From an uncultured Elusimicrobiales bacterium (lineage in GTDB: Bacteria > Elusimicrobiota > Elusimicrobia > Elusimicrobiales > Elusimicrobiaceae): DNA of 64,000 nucleotides. Each line of letters opens with the position of its first letter. The stretch's first letter is position 1. The notes below the pieces were generated by a model. The model worked only from the letters and a program-made list of their open reading frames with translations. It made no database searches and had not been told where the DNA came from. The DNA is taken from positions 579 through 64,578 of the forward strand of contig CALUZQ010000004.1 of NCBI GenBank assembly GCA_944325225.1, given 5' to 3'. A program made the translations under genes and the position numbers. Below, piece after piece: positions 9,906 through 19,724 of this stretch.

Positions 9906-10520
9906 TTATTTCCTGTTTTTAAGCAAAACCAAATGGTCGGCCAATTTTTTAAACGCTTTGGCGCGGTGGCTGATTTTATTTTTTTCTTTTTCAGTCATTT
10001 CAGCCAGTGTTTTTTGAGTATCCCCAACCAGGAAAATTGGATCGTATCCAAAGCCGTTTTCGCCGCGGTAGCCAAAACCGATATAGCCGTCCAGCGTGCC
10101 GTCAAAGGTTTGCACGCGTCCCTGCGGGGTAGCCAAACAGGCCACCGTGCGGAAACTGGCGGCCCGGTCCGGCAATAATTGGCCTTCCAGTGCGGCTAAG
10201 AGTTTGCGGTTGTTATCGTCTGCGTCGGCGTGTTCTCCCGCATAGCGGGCAGTGTGCACGCCCGGCGCTCCGTGCAGAAATTTTACTTCCAGCCCGGTAT
10301 CGTCCGACACGGCCGGCAGACCGCTTTCCCGGGCGGCGTAGATGGCCTTGATTTCGGCGTTGTCTTCCAGCGTGTTGCCGGTTTCCGGCGGCAGCGACAG
10401 CCCTTTAAAATCGGCCATGCTGACATACTCAATCGGCGTTCCGTTTTTTAGTTTCGCGGGCAAAATATGAACGAGCTCTTTAAATTTATGCGGATTGCCC
10501 GTGGCTATTAAAATCTTCAT
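9906..10520 (-). CDS. rdgB: Non-canonical purine NTP pyrophosphatase (RdgB/HAM1)
   Basis: ATGNPHK, SDDTGLEV, APGVHTARY, GFGYDPIF, KISHR motifs. Confidence 0.95.
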   Translation of the reverse strand: MKILIATGNPHKFKELVHILPAKLKNGTPIEYVSMADFKGLSLPPETGNTLEDNAEIKAIYAARESGLPAVSDDTGLEVKFLHGAPGVHTARYAGEHADADDNNRKLLAALEGQLLPDRAASFRTVACLATPQGRVQTFDGTLDGYIGFGYRGENGFGYDPIFLVGDTQKTLAEMTEKEKNKISHRAKAFKKLADHLVLLKNRK

Positions 10521-10533
10521 CGGTTGGTATTAA

Positions 10534-11928
10534 TTACCTCATCATTACAATTTCATCCGCTAGGTTCAGCGCCACCAGGTAGGCCTTGTACATATCTTCT
10601 TCGCTGAGCCATTCGGTAAAAGCGTGCGGATTGTTCTGCCCCGTAAATAAGGTATAAGCGCCGTTGCCCAGCTTGAGCATTAACATAGAGGCCGTAGTGC
10701 CGGCGCGTTCTTCTTTAAAATCAGGCGTAATGCCGGCATTTTGCAGGGCGTTGGTAACCACTTGGCGCGCCTGCGGGTGAATGCTTTCGGCCACATTGCC
10801 GTATTGCTTGTACACTTCACGTTCAATTTTTACGCCAAACTGATCGCTGATTTTGTTTGCGACGCTGTCGGCATAAACTTTCCAGGCATCAATGTTCTTC
10901 TGGCTGAAGTCGCGCAGGCGGAAATCCAGTTCGGCCACATTGGCTTTTCCTTCGCTCATATTCATATGGTGCAATTCCACATATCCCTGCTTGCCGGTGC
11001 TGTTGTTAGGCAGCCATTTTTCCTGTGCACAGGCCGCGCCCAGTTCGCAGGCGGGCTTCCAGGCGTTGCGGTAGCCGTTTTCGGCGGCCATGGACTGGTG
11101 CCCGTTGACGCCGTGTACTTTGTAAATCACTTTTTCGGCGTTGAAGTTGCCTACTACTACTTCGCCGTTTACACCGCCGTCAAAATCAAAAGCAATGTCC
11201 GGGTTATAGGGGGTTTCTTCAATAAAGTCAGCCGAGCGGCCTACATCTTCGTTGGGCGTAATAACAATTTGAATTTTGCCGTGTTTTTTGGACGGATTTT
11301 CCGCCAGGGTTTGAATGAAAGTAACCAATACGGACACCCCGGCTTTGTCGTCGGCAGAGAGCATGGTGGTCCCGTCCGAAGTAACGATGGTTTTGCCAAT
11401 CATATTTTTTAAATACGGGTCCGTTTCGGTGCTGAGGATATGCCCGTTTTTCAGTTGAATCGGTTTGCCGTCGTATTTTTCAATTTTTTGGGCTTTAATG
11501 CCTTTTCCTATAATATCCGGCGTGGTATCATAGTGGCAGCTGAATCCCAGGGTGGGGGTTTTCCAGGCCACATTGGACGGGATTTCTACATAGATGTAAT
11601 AGTTTTTGGTCAGTTCTGTTTTAAAACCGAACTTCTGGATTTCGGCATACAATTTTTTAGCGGTTTCAATCTGTTCGGGAGTAATGGCTACGGCGTCGTT
11701 GCTTTGGCTGTCGTAGGTAGTATAGGTCATAAACCGGTTCAGCATAGCGGCGCGGTATTTGGCGGCCAGCTTGGCATTTTGTTGGCCAATGTTTTTCCGG
11801 GCGGAAGATTTGATAAAGGTTCGTTCGTACGGAGTGGACGGAAAAGTGGCCGCAGCATATGCTTGGCTGGCAAAAGAGGCGCCAAACATAAATACGGATA
11901 ATACGGCAAACAGCTTTTTCATATTCAT
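10534..11928 (-). CDS. pepT: Peptidase T-like M20B tripeptide aminopeptidase with signal peptide
   Basis: YTTYDSQS, CHYDT, IVTSDGTTMLSADDKAG, TPNEDVG, HAFTEW; N-terminal Sec signal. Confidence 0.8.
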   Translation of the reverse strand: MNMKKLFAVLSVFMFGASFASQAYAAATFPSTPYERTFIKSSARKNIGQQNAKLAAKYRAAMLNRFMTYTTYDSQSNDAVAITPEQIETAKKLYAEIQKFGFKTELTKNYYIYVEIPSNVAWKTPTLGFSCHYDTTPDIIGKGIKAQKIEKYDGKPIQLKNGHILSTETDPYLKNMIGKTIVTSDGTTMLSADDKAGVSVLVTFIQTLAENPSKKHGKIQIVITPNEDVGRSADFIEETPYNPDIAFDFDGGVNGEVVVGNFNAEKVIYKVHGVNGHQSMAAENGYRNAWKPACELGAACAQEKWLPNNSTGKQGYVELHHMNMSEGKANVAELDFRLRDFSQKNIDAWKVYADSVANKISDQFGVKIEREVYKQYGNVAESIHPQARQVVTNALQNAGITPDFKEERAGTTASMLMLKLGNGAYTLFTGQNNPHAFTEWLSEEDMYKAYLVALNLADEIVMMR

Positions 11929-12094
11929 AAGGGCTCCTTGGTTTAATTAAATAACAATGATTTATTTTATTGTATTATTCTGCGGGCAAAATCCGCAAGG
12001 GCCAAAGGACCTAGGGGCAGGTTAGGCCTTGGCTGGCTGAAATATTTTGTGGGGAAATTAAAAACCCGCCTGTTTAGGGGCGGGTTTAGAAAAG

Positions 12095-13462
12095 TTATTG
12101 GGCATCGCTTGGCGCGGCGTTTTGCATATTCCACAAACTAATCAGCCGCAAAATCGTTCGCAGCGATGCTTCCATTACATCGGCGTCGGCATATTCACGC
12201 GGGCTGTGAATGTTGTATTGGCCGGCGAAGATATCTGGGGTTGGCAATCCCATAAACGACAGCGAGGACCCGTCCGTCCCGCCGCGGGCCGCCGTGAGTA
12301 CGGGGGTAATATCTTCGTTTTTCATCGCCAGCTGGGCCAGGGAAATCATTTTTTCCGGAATGGCGGCTTTCATATTTTTATATTGTTCGTGAAATGTCAG
12401 TTCAAAATTCTTTCCCTTGTAGTTCATGGTTTTAACCGTATTAAAAGCGCGGGTAACTTCGTTGACCAGTTCCTGCATTTCTTCTTCGGAGAAAGCCCGA
12501 ATAATTCCCGTTACTTCGGTTTTATCCCCTTCGGTGGAAATGGTATCCACCAGGATAAATCCGCGGCGGCCGGCGGTAGTTTCGGGGCGGCGGTGGCGGG
12601 GCAGCAGGGTGTGAAAATCCGACGCCATGAGCACATTGTCCGAGAAAGCGGAATTCATCGCTTCGCCCGGGTGTACGGCGCGCATTCCTTCAAACACAGC
12701 CCGGAACGATTTGGCGTTGAAAGTTTCGTTGGTCAGCTCTCCCAGGTCGCCGCCGTCTAAAGTATAGGCATAGTCGGCCCCAAAGGACGCCACATCAAAT
12801 TTTTCAATACCGGTGCCGATTTCTTCGTCCGGGGTAAAAGCAATTTTAATGGTGCCGTGGGACATTTCCGGGTGGTCGTAGAGGTATTGGGCCATCGTCA
12901 TAATAATAGCGATACCGGTTTTATCGTCCGCCCCCAAAAGCGTTCCGCCCGAAGCGGTGATAATGTCGTGCCCGCGGGCCCGGGAAAGATGGGGGGAATT
13001 TGCCGGATTAATGATTAATTGCTGGGCCGCATTGATGATAATATCGCCCCCTTGGTAATTTTTATGCACCTGGGGTTTTACTTCTTTGCCGGAAGCTTCC
13101 AAGGCGGTATCCATATGGGCTAAAAACGCTATAACGGGCGCATTTGAATCGGAATTAGCCGGAATTTCCGCCGTAACGATGCCGTTTTTATCCACTTTTA
13201 CATTTTCCGCCCCGTTCTTTTTTAATTCTTTAGCCAGGGCTTTGGCCAGTTTGGTCTGCCCGGGCGTGCTGGGGACTTTGTCCGTTTGATCACTGGACTG
13301 CGTGTCAAAAGTAACATAGTTGGTAAAGCGGTCCGTCAGTTGTTTTTTTGCTTCCGCTTTGTCGTAACGGGTAACAGACTTCCAGTCCATATCCTGCGCA
13401 CCCGCCGCAAGCGGCAGGCATACAGCGGCCGCCAAGGCGATGCTTGAAAACAGTTTATTCAT
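12095..13462 (-). CDS. pepT: Peptidase T (M20B) with signal peptide
   Basis: FDTQS, AHMDT, GTLLGADDKTG, FTPDEEIG, ARGGTDG, HSPREY; start reassigned to ATG 13462, which overlaps the valS stop. Confidence 0.88.
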   Translation of the reverse strand: MNKLFSSIALAAAVCLPLAAGAQDMDWKSVTRYDKAEAKKQLTDRFTNYVTFDTQSSDQTDKVPSTPGQTKLAKALAKELKKNGAENVKVDKNGIVTAEIPANSDSNAPVIAFLAHMDTALEASGKEVKPQVHKNYQGGDIIINAAQQLIINPANSPHLSRARGHDIITASGGTLLGADDKTGIAIIMTMAQYLYDHPEMSHGTIKIAFTPDEEIGTGIEKFDVASFGADYAYTLDGGDLGELTNETFNAKSFRAVFEGMRAVHPGEAMNSAFSDNVLMASDFHTLLPRHRRPETTAGRRGFILVDTISTEGDKTEVTGIIRAFSEEEMQELVNEVTRAFNTVKTMNYKGKNFELTFHEQYKNMKAAIPEKMISLAQLAMKNEDITPVLTAARGGTDGSSLSFMGLPTPDIFAGQYNIHSPREYADADVMEASLRTILRLISLWNMQNAAPSDAQ

Positions 13463-16178
13463 TGTCCAAATCCTCCAACGAAGCCGTTGCCTGTGCCAAC
13501 GCCACTTTGGCGGCGGCCAGTTCGTTTTTCGTTTTTTCAATTTGTTCTTTGGGCGCGTGTTTGATGAAATTTTCCTGCGCCAGCCGCGCTTCGCGCGCGG
13601 CAATGTTGGCTTGAGCGGCGGCCCGATCTTTTTCCAGCCGTTTCTTTTCTTTCTCAAAGTCAATCAGCCCCGTCAGCGGTACATAGACGGCGATATTTTC
13701 AAACACGGCGGTAGCCGTTTGTTTGGGTTTGGCCAGGTTGACGCCAATTTGCAGGCGGTCCGTTTTGGCCATCAGTTTGATATATCCTTCGTATGCTTTA
13801 ACCACAGCCAGTTCGGCTTCGTCCTGCGCGGAAAGTACGGCGGTAATCTTTAATCCGGGCGGCACATTGAACTGGGCGCGGATCGTGCGGATTTCGCGCG
13901 TGACGCCTTGGATAATTTCCATCTTCCGCACCGCTTCTTTATTGCACAGGGCGGTGTTAAATTCCGGGTACGGCTGTTCCAGTAAGAATTCGCCCTTTTC
14001 CGCCACATACGGCCGCAGCGACGAGGCGATTTCTTCGGTAATATACGGAATCAGCGGGTGGAGCGCTTTTAAAGTTTCGTACAGAATATTGACGCACAGC
14101 GCCATTACTTTTTCTTTTTCGTCGGTTTGGAAGCGCTGTTTGGCCAGTTCCACATACCAGTCGCAAAAGTCGCCCCACAGGAAGTGGTAAAGCGTGTTTG
14201 CCGTTAGGGCCAGGTTATATTTTTCAATGCCTTCGCGGGCGGTTTTAATGGCGTTGGTAAAACGGTCCAAAATCCATTTATCGGCCAGTTCGGTTACTTC
14301 GGCGGGCATAGCCAGCGGTCCTTGGATCCCTTCCATATTCATCAAGATAAAGCGCGAGGCATTATAGATTTTGTTGCAAAAGTTGCGGGCGCCGGTAATG
14401 CTTTCCTCGGAATAGGGGATATCTTTGCCGGGTACGGCCTGCATTAAAAGCGAGAAACGCACCGCGTCCGTGCCGTATTTGGCCGTCATATCCAGCGGGT
14501 CAATTACATTGCCTAACGATTTGGACATTTTTTTGCCCGTCCGGTCGCGTACAATTCCGTTTAAAAACACATCGGTAAACGGCAGTTTGCCCGTAAATTC
14601 CAGCCCCATCATCACCATACGGGCTACCCACAGGTACAAAATTTCGTACCCGGTAACCATGGTGCTGGTGGGATAGAAGTATTTGAAATCTTCGGTTTCT
14701 TCCGGCCAGCCGAAAACGGACATCGGCCACAGCGCCGAAGAAAACCAAGTATCCAGCACATCGGGATCCTGCACCAAGTCGTGCCCGCCGCAGACGGGGC
14801 ATTTTTCCGGCTTGTGGAAAGATACAATCGGCTGGGCGCCGGCTTCAAAAGATACTTTGGTTAATTGTTCGTGCCCTTGTTGGTCGGTGGCAAAAGTGAG
14901 GCCTTTTTCGCTGCAGTGGTGGCAATACCAAACCGGAATGCGGTGCCCCCACCAAATCTGGCGCGAAATACACCAATCCTGCAGGTTTTTAAGCCAGTTT
15001 ACAAACGGTGTTTTCCAGGATTCGGGGTGGAATTTTAAGGCGCCCGATTCGGCGGCTTCAATGGCGGGTTTGGCCAGTTCGTCCATTTTCACAAACCACT
15101 GCTCGCTTAAATACGGTTCAATGGCGTTGTGGCAGCGGTAACAGGTGGAAACGGCGTTGTTGTATTTTTCTTCTTTAACCAACAGGCCGGCGGCGTCTAA
15201 ATCTTTAACGGTTTCTTTGCGGCAGAGTTCGCGGTCCATGCCCAGGTATTTTTCGGGGCAGTTGATCATTTTGCCTTTGTCGGAAATAACCACGAGCGTT
15301 TCCAGGTTGTGGCGCTGGCCGACTTCATAGTCGGTCGGGTCGTGCGCGGGGGTGATTTTTAAAGCGCCGGTACCAAATTCCATTTCTACCGCCTCGTCGG
15401 CAATAACGGGAATGGCGCGGCCCGAAAGCGGAATAATTACTTTTTTGCCCAAGATGTTTTTATAGCGTTCGTCTTTGGGGTTGACGGCGATAGCGGCGTC
15501 GGCGTAAATAGTTTCGGGGCGGGTGGTGGCGATAACGATCCCGTCGGATCCGTCCTCCCCTTTGTAGCGCAGGTGCCACAGTTTGCCGGCGTGCTGCTCG
15601 TGTTCTACTTCAATGTCGGACAGCGCCGTAGAACAGCGCACGCACCAGTTAATCATGCGTTTGCCGCGGTAGATATATTTCTTTTCCCACAGCCGGCGGA
15701 AACATTCATAAACGGATTGGGCGCGTTTATCGTCCATGGTAAAGCGGATATTTTGCGGGTCCAGGTCCAAGCTCCAGCCCATTTTTTTGAATTGGTTGAA
15801 AATGGCGTTGCCGCATTCGTTGTACCAGTTCCAGACGGTTTTGACGAATTCTTCCCGTCCTAAATCGTGGCGGGATTTGTGTTCTTCTTTGGCCAATTTC
15901 TTTTCAATGACATTCTGCGTGGCGATACCGCCGTGATCGGTGCCCGGCACCCAGAACGCTTCCTGCCCAAACATGCGGTGGGAGCGGATTAAAGCGTCCT
16001 GCAGGGTATTGTTGAGCGCGTGGCCCATATGCAAAGCGCCCGTGATGTTGGGCGGCGGAATAACAATAACAAAGGGTTTTTTGGTTTTATCGGCTTTGGC
16101 GGCGAACAGTCTGGCTTTTTGCCATTTGTCCGCGAGTTTTTGTTCTACTTCCTGCGGTTCGTACGCTTTGGGTAACAT
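13455..16178 (-). CDS. valS: Valine--tRNA ligase
   Basis: PPPNITGALHMGH (HIGH), KMSKS, WCISRQIWWGHRIP, C-terminal coiled coil. Confidence 0.98.
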   Translation of the reverse strand: MLPKAYEPQEVEQKLADKWQKARLFAAKADKTKKPFVIVIPPPNITGALHMGHALNNTLQDALIRSHRMFGQEAFWVPGTDHGGIATQNVIEKKLAKEEHKSRHDLGREEFVKTVWNWYNECGNAIFNQFKKMGWSLDLDPQNIRFTMDDKRAQSVYECFRRLWEKKYIYRGKRMINWCVRCSTALSDIEVEHEQHAGKLWHLRYKGEDGSDGIVIATTRPETIYADAAIAVNPKDERYKNILGKKVIIPLSGRAIPVIADEAVEMEFGTGALKITPAHDPTDYEVGQRHNLETLVVISDKGKMINCPEKYLGMDRELCRKETVKDLDAAGLLVKEEKYNNAVSTCYRCHNAIEPYLSEQWFVKMDELAKPAIEAAESGALKFHPESWKTPFVNWLKNLQDWCISRQIWWGHRIPVWYCHHCSEKGLTFATDQQGHEQLTKVSFEAGAQPIVSFHKPEKCPVCGGHDLVQDPDVLDTWFSSALWPMSVFGWPEETEDFKYFYPTSTMVTGYEILYLWVARMVMMGLEFTGKLPFTDVFLNGIVRDRTGKKMSKSLGNVIDPLDMTAKYGTDAVRFSLLMQAVPGKDIPYSEESITGARNFCNKIYNASRFILMNMEGIQGPLAMPAEVTELADKWILDRFTNAIKTAREGIEKYNLALTANTLYHFLWGDFCDWYVELAKQRFQTDEKEKVMALCVNILYETLKALHPLIPYITEEIASSLRPYVAEKGEFLLEQPYPEFNTALCNKEAVRKMEIIQGVTREIRTIRAQFNVPPGLKITAVLSAQDEAELAVVKAYEGYIKLMAKTDRLQIGVNLAKPKQTATAVFENIAVYVPLTGLIDFEKEKKRLEKDRAAAQANIAAREARLAQENFIKHAPKEQIEKTKNELAAAKVALAQATASLEDLDNE

Positions 16179-16314
16179 GGGTAAGTCCTCTTTTGTTAGT
16201 TTCTTCGCGTAATGTAACTTTACGCGCTTATTTCTATTCTACCAATTTAAGAGGAGTAAAAACAGACGCCCCGGTTTTGGGTCCGGGGCGTCAATAAACC
16301 GGCGGAAGAGAGCG

Positions 16315-17400
16315 TCAAGCGCCCAGTTGGTCGGCTACTTTCAAAGCGGCAAATACGGCGTCCGGCGTAACGGCAAAGGGCATATTGTGTATGGTTTCGC
16401 CGGCGGCGCAGCTGGCGGCGGCCACTTGGCGCAGGGCGTCGTCCGACGCGTCTTTAAGCCCCAGCGCGGCCAAGTTTGTAGGAAGCCCGACTTGCTGGCA
16501 GAACGAAAGCACCTCGTCAAATTCGGCTTGCGGGGCGTTTTCCAGCGCCAACTGGGCCAGCAGGCCAAAGGCCACTTTCTCCCCGTGCATGGCGCCGTGC
16601 GTTTGCGGCAAGACGGTCAGCCCGTTGTGAATGGCGTGCGCCGCGGCCAGCCCGCCGCTTTCAAACCCTATTCCGCTCATATAAGTATTGGTTTCTACAA
16701 TATCGTCCAGCGCCGAAGAAACGGTTTTGGCTTCCGGCGCCAGTTTGGCGCGCAGCCCGTTTTTAAATAAACTGTCGCGGCAGGCGCGTGCAATCGCCAA
16801 GGCCGACAGGGAGGACCTCCCTCCCGCTGTAGTGGCTTTGCCCGAAGCAAAACAGGCCCGCGCTTCATAATAGGTGGCTAATGCATCGCCCATGCCGGCT
16901 GCCAACATTCGTACCGGAGATTGGGCGATGATGGCGGTGTCCACCAATACCACTTCGGGATTATTGCGTAAAATCAGATAACTTTCAAAAGCTCCTTCTT
17001 CCGTATAAATGACCGACAGCGCGCTGCAGGGGGCGTCCGTAGAAGCGATAGACGGCGCGATAAGAACCGGTACTTTGGCGTAAAAAGCGGCCGCTTTGGC
17101 GGTGTCCAACGCTTTGCCGCCGCCGATGCCGATCACGACTCCGCAGTTTTTTTCGTGAATTTCGTTGACGATTCGTTTGATTTCCGCCATACAACATTCC
17201 CTGGAAAAAGGGTGGGCATACAGCGGAAGGTTTTTATCTTTAAAATTTTTTTCTATCGCCGGCCAATAGTGTTTGAGTATATGCGGCCCGGCTACCGCAT
17301 AGGCCCCTTTGGGGCTAAGCGCTCCGGCATATTCCGCCAGCCGGTTCCAGGCGCCGGGACCTTGAATGTATTTCATCGGTGAAAAAATAATTCGTTCCAT
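16315..17400 (-). CDS. gldA: Glycerol dehydrogenase
   Basis: GGGKALDTAK, ASTDAPCSALSVIY, GMGDALAT, AAAHAIHNG, HGEKVAFG. Confidence 0.92.
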   Translation of the reverse strand: MERIIFSPMKYIQGPGAWNRLAEYAGALSPKGAYAVAGPHILKHYWPAIEKNFKDKNLPLYAHPFSRECCMAEIKRIVNEIHEKNCGVVIGIGGGKALDTAKAAAFYAKVPVLIAPSIASTDAPCSALSVIYTEEGAFESYLILRNNPEVVLVDTAIIAQSPVRMLAAGMGDALATYYEARACFASGKATTAGGRSSLSALAIARACRDSLFKNGLRAKLAPEAKTVSSALDDIVETNTYMSGIGFESGGLAAAHAIHNGLTVLPQTHGAMHGEKVAFGLLAQLALENAPQAEFDEVLSFCQQVGLPTNLAALGLKDASDDALRQVAAASCAAGETIHNMPFAVTPDAVFAALKVADQLGA

Positions 17401-17517
17401 AATACCCCCTTGTAGTTTCTTTTATTGTAACTGTTTATTGCGTGAAAACAAGCGAATAAAAAGGATTAGTCCTGTTTTTTTATGGGCAACCGGCGCGCAT
17501 TATGCCATAATATATAT

Positions 17518-17781
17518 ATGGAAGAAAAAGACATCGTCCAAACCGAAGAGGTAATAGAGCCCGAAATTTTAGACGAGCACGGCCGTCCCATTCACCCGGA
17601 ACCGTTCCGGGATTCCGCCCGCCCCAAAGGCGACACGGGCGGACTGTTAGGCGGCGTGTTCGTGCTGGCGTTTGGATTTATTGTTACCTTGTTCGTTGCC
17701 GTTTTTAGTATTTGTATTTTATTGCCGCTGATGTTACTGGGGCGGCTTCTTGGTATGCAGGTAAAAACTTTCCGGCGTTAG
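17518..17781 (+). CDS. Small hypothetical membrane protein
   Basis: Acidic N-terminus and long hydrophobic C-terminal segment. Confidence 0.6.
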   Translation: MEEKDIVQTEEVIEPEILDEHGRPIHPEPFRDSARPKGDTGGLLGGVFVLAFGFIVTLFVAVFSICILLPLMLLGRLLGMQVKTFRR

Positions 17782-17852
17782 TAAATCCTGTTAGAAAATT
17801 GCCATAAATTAGCAAGTGCGTCCGGCACCCGAGTCCGCAGAAAAAGGAATAT

Positions 17853-18926
17853 ATGCGTAAAATCAACATTATGGATTTATTTGCAGGCGTAGGCGGTTTA
17901 AGCTACGGGTTTTCGGTATTAAAGGAGTTTCATATCGTGGCCGCTAACGAGATAGAAAAAGATATCGCGGCGGCGTATTCCTTAAATCACCAATCCGTAA
18001 AAATGATTAACGCCGATATCAAGGATTTGACGCCGAAATCCCTGCAAAAAATAATCGGACATACGCCGATAGATTTTATCGTGGGCGGGCCGCCATGTCA
18101 GTCTTATTCCACCCTGGGAAAGCGAAGATTGGACGACCGGGCGAATCTTTTTATGCAATATAAGCGGGTTTTGTCTTTTATCCAGCCCCGGGGCTTTGTG
18201 TTTGAAAATGTGGTGGGGCTGCTGAGTATGGATAAAGGACGCCTTTTTAAAAGAATCCAAACGGAATTTGCACAATTAGGATATGTCCTTAAATATCAAG
18301 TATTAGATGCGGTGGATTATGGCGTCCCGCAACACCGGGAAAGAGTGTTTTTGGTCGGGTTTAAGGGGGAAAACCTGTTTGAATATCCCCAGCCCACCCA
18401 CGGGCCCGGGCGGTTGCCTTATGTAACGCTGGCTGATGCGCTGGGGGATTTGCCGGTTTTGAAAAGCGGGCAGACCCAGCTTCAGTATGGGGCAAAACCC
18501 AACAATGATTTTTTGCGTTTCGTTCGGAAAAACGATACGACCGTTTTAACGGAACATACCGCTCCCCACAACGGCGCGCATTTAATTAAAATTATGGAAG
18601 CCCTGAAAGACGGCCAAAGCAAAGACGATCTGCCGGACGCCTTGAAACCGAACAGCGGCTACGGCAATACTTACGCCAAATTGTGGTGGCGCAAACCGGC
18701 TACTACCATCACGCGCAATTTTGCGTGTCCGTCTTCTTCCCGGTGCATTCATCCGCGCGATTCCCGGGCGATGTCTATCCGGGAAGGGGCCCGGCTTCAA
18801 AGTTTCCCCGACGATTATCAGTTTTACGGTTCCAATGGTATGAAACGGCTGGAAATCGGCAACGCCGTTCCGCCTCTTTTATCGCTGGCTATTGCCAAAG
18901 AAGTACTCAAAGCCATAAAGCGCTAA
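17853..18926 (+). CDS. DNA (cytosine-5)-methyltransferase of an R-M system
   Basis: Ordered C5-MTase motifs: DLFAGVGG (I), GGPPCQ (IV), ENV (VI), RERV (VIII), RLQSFPD (IX), GNAVPP (X). Confidence 0.96.
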   Translation: MRKINIMDLFAGVGGLSYGFSVLKEFHIVAANEIEKDIAAAYSLNHQSVKMINADIKDLTPKSLQKIIGHTPIDFIVGGPPCQSYSTLGKRRLDDRANLFMQYKRVLSFIQPRGFVFENVVGLLSMDKGRLFKRIQTEFAQLGYVLKYQVLDAVDYGVPQHRERVFLVGFKGENLFEYPQPTHGPGRLPYVTLADALGDLPVLKSGQTQLQYGAKPNNDFLRFVRKNDTTVLTEHTAPHNGAHLIKIMEALKDGQSKDDLPDALKPNSGYGNTYAKLWWRKPATTITRNFACPSSSRCIHPRDSRAMSIREGARLQSFPDDYQFYGSNGMKRLEIGNAVPPLLSLAIAKEVLKAIKR

Positions 18927-18957
18927 AACGGGCTTTTGGCTGCTAACAGCGGGCGGA

Positions 18958-19722
18958 TTAATAAATAAGATCCTTAAATGCCGGGGGTGTTTGCTGTAAT
19001 TTGTAGCGGAATGCTTCGGGCGGAATGGAAAAAACAATTTGCCCTTCAAAGCGGCTGTTGGCTTTATAATTTAGGTTTCGGTCGTCAATTTCGGAAATGT
19101 CCACCACGGCCGCTTTTCCATTAAATAAATCAAAGTGAATGACATACGACCGGATTCCTTGCCGCTTAAAAACGCGTTTTCCTTCTTCTACTTTATGCTT
19201 TTTGATATCATTCGTTCCGGTGTAGCCGGATTGTACCTCAAATCTTATTTTAGAACTATCGGATAAGGAAACTTCAATGTCGGCCATGGGCGATTGGGAA
19301 AATGTTTCCAGATGGTCCAGATCGTCCATTCCAATTTGATGAATAGCAGATTGCCGGATATTGAGCATAACGGCTATGGCCTTGGTGAAATAAGCGGCGG
19401 CGCAGTAACCGCGCATCCAGTTATAATAGACATTTTCCGGCGTTCGGCCAAAATTGTTTAATCTGGGCAAAAAATCGTTCTTCCTGATTTTCTGGTAAGC
19501 AATGTCTATGGTTTGCAGAAAACTATTAAAATCCTCGGGTTGTATGGAGGGGTGGACGGTGTGGTGAATGCGGGTAAAGAGGTCTTTTAACCGCCGGTTC
19601 AGCATGTTTATTTTTGGCCAGTTGATGGAAACACAATCGGTCGCTTTAAAAAATTCTTTGACATCCGATTGGTTGGTAAATCCCAGCGCTTTACGAAAAT
19701 CTTTTTCATAGGTTTTTGTCAT
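18958..19722 (-). CDS. Putative type II restriction endonuclease (PD-(D/E)xK-like)
   Basis: ADIEV...FEVQSG acidic catalytic pattern; convergent with the MTase; co-oriented with the second nuclease gene (2-nt gap). Confidence 0.6.
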   Translation of the reverse strand: MTKTYEKDFRKALGFTNQSDVKEFFKATDCVSINWPKINMLNRRLKDLFTRIHHTVHPSIQPEDFNSFLQTIDIAYQKIRKNDFLPRLNNFGRTPENVYYNWMRGYCAAAYFTKAIAVMLNIRQSAIHQIGMDDLDHLETFSQSPMADIEVSLSDSSKIRFEVQSGYTGTNDIKKHKVEEGKRVFKRQGIRSYVIHFDLFNGKAAVVDISEIDDRNLNYKANSRFEGQIVFSIPPEAFRYKLQQTPPAFKDLIY

Positions 19723-19724
19723 TT

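Noticed and set aside
13463-13663. N-terminal extension of pepT; likewise extensions at 54496-54813, 40937-41089 and 23410-23493
   Set aside because: They overlap neighbouring genes or promoters; better starts with RBS, signal peptides or stop/start overlaps exist
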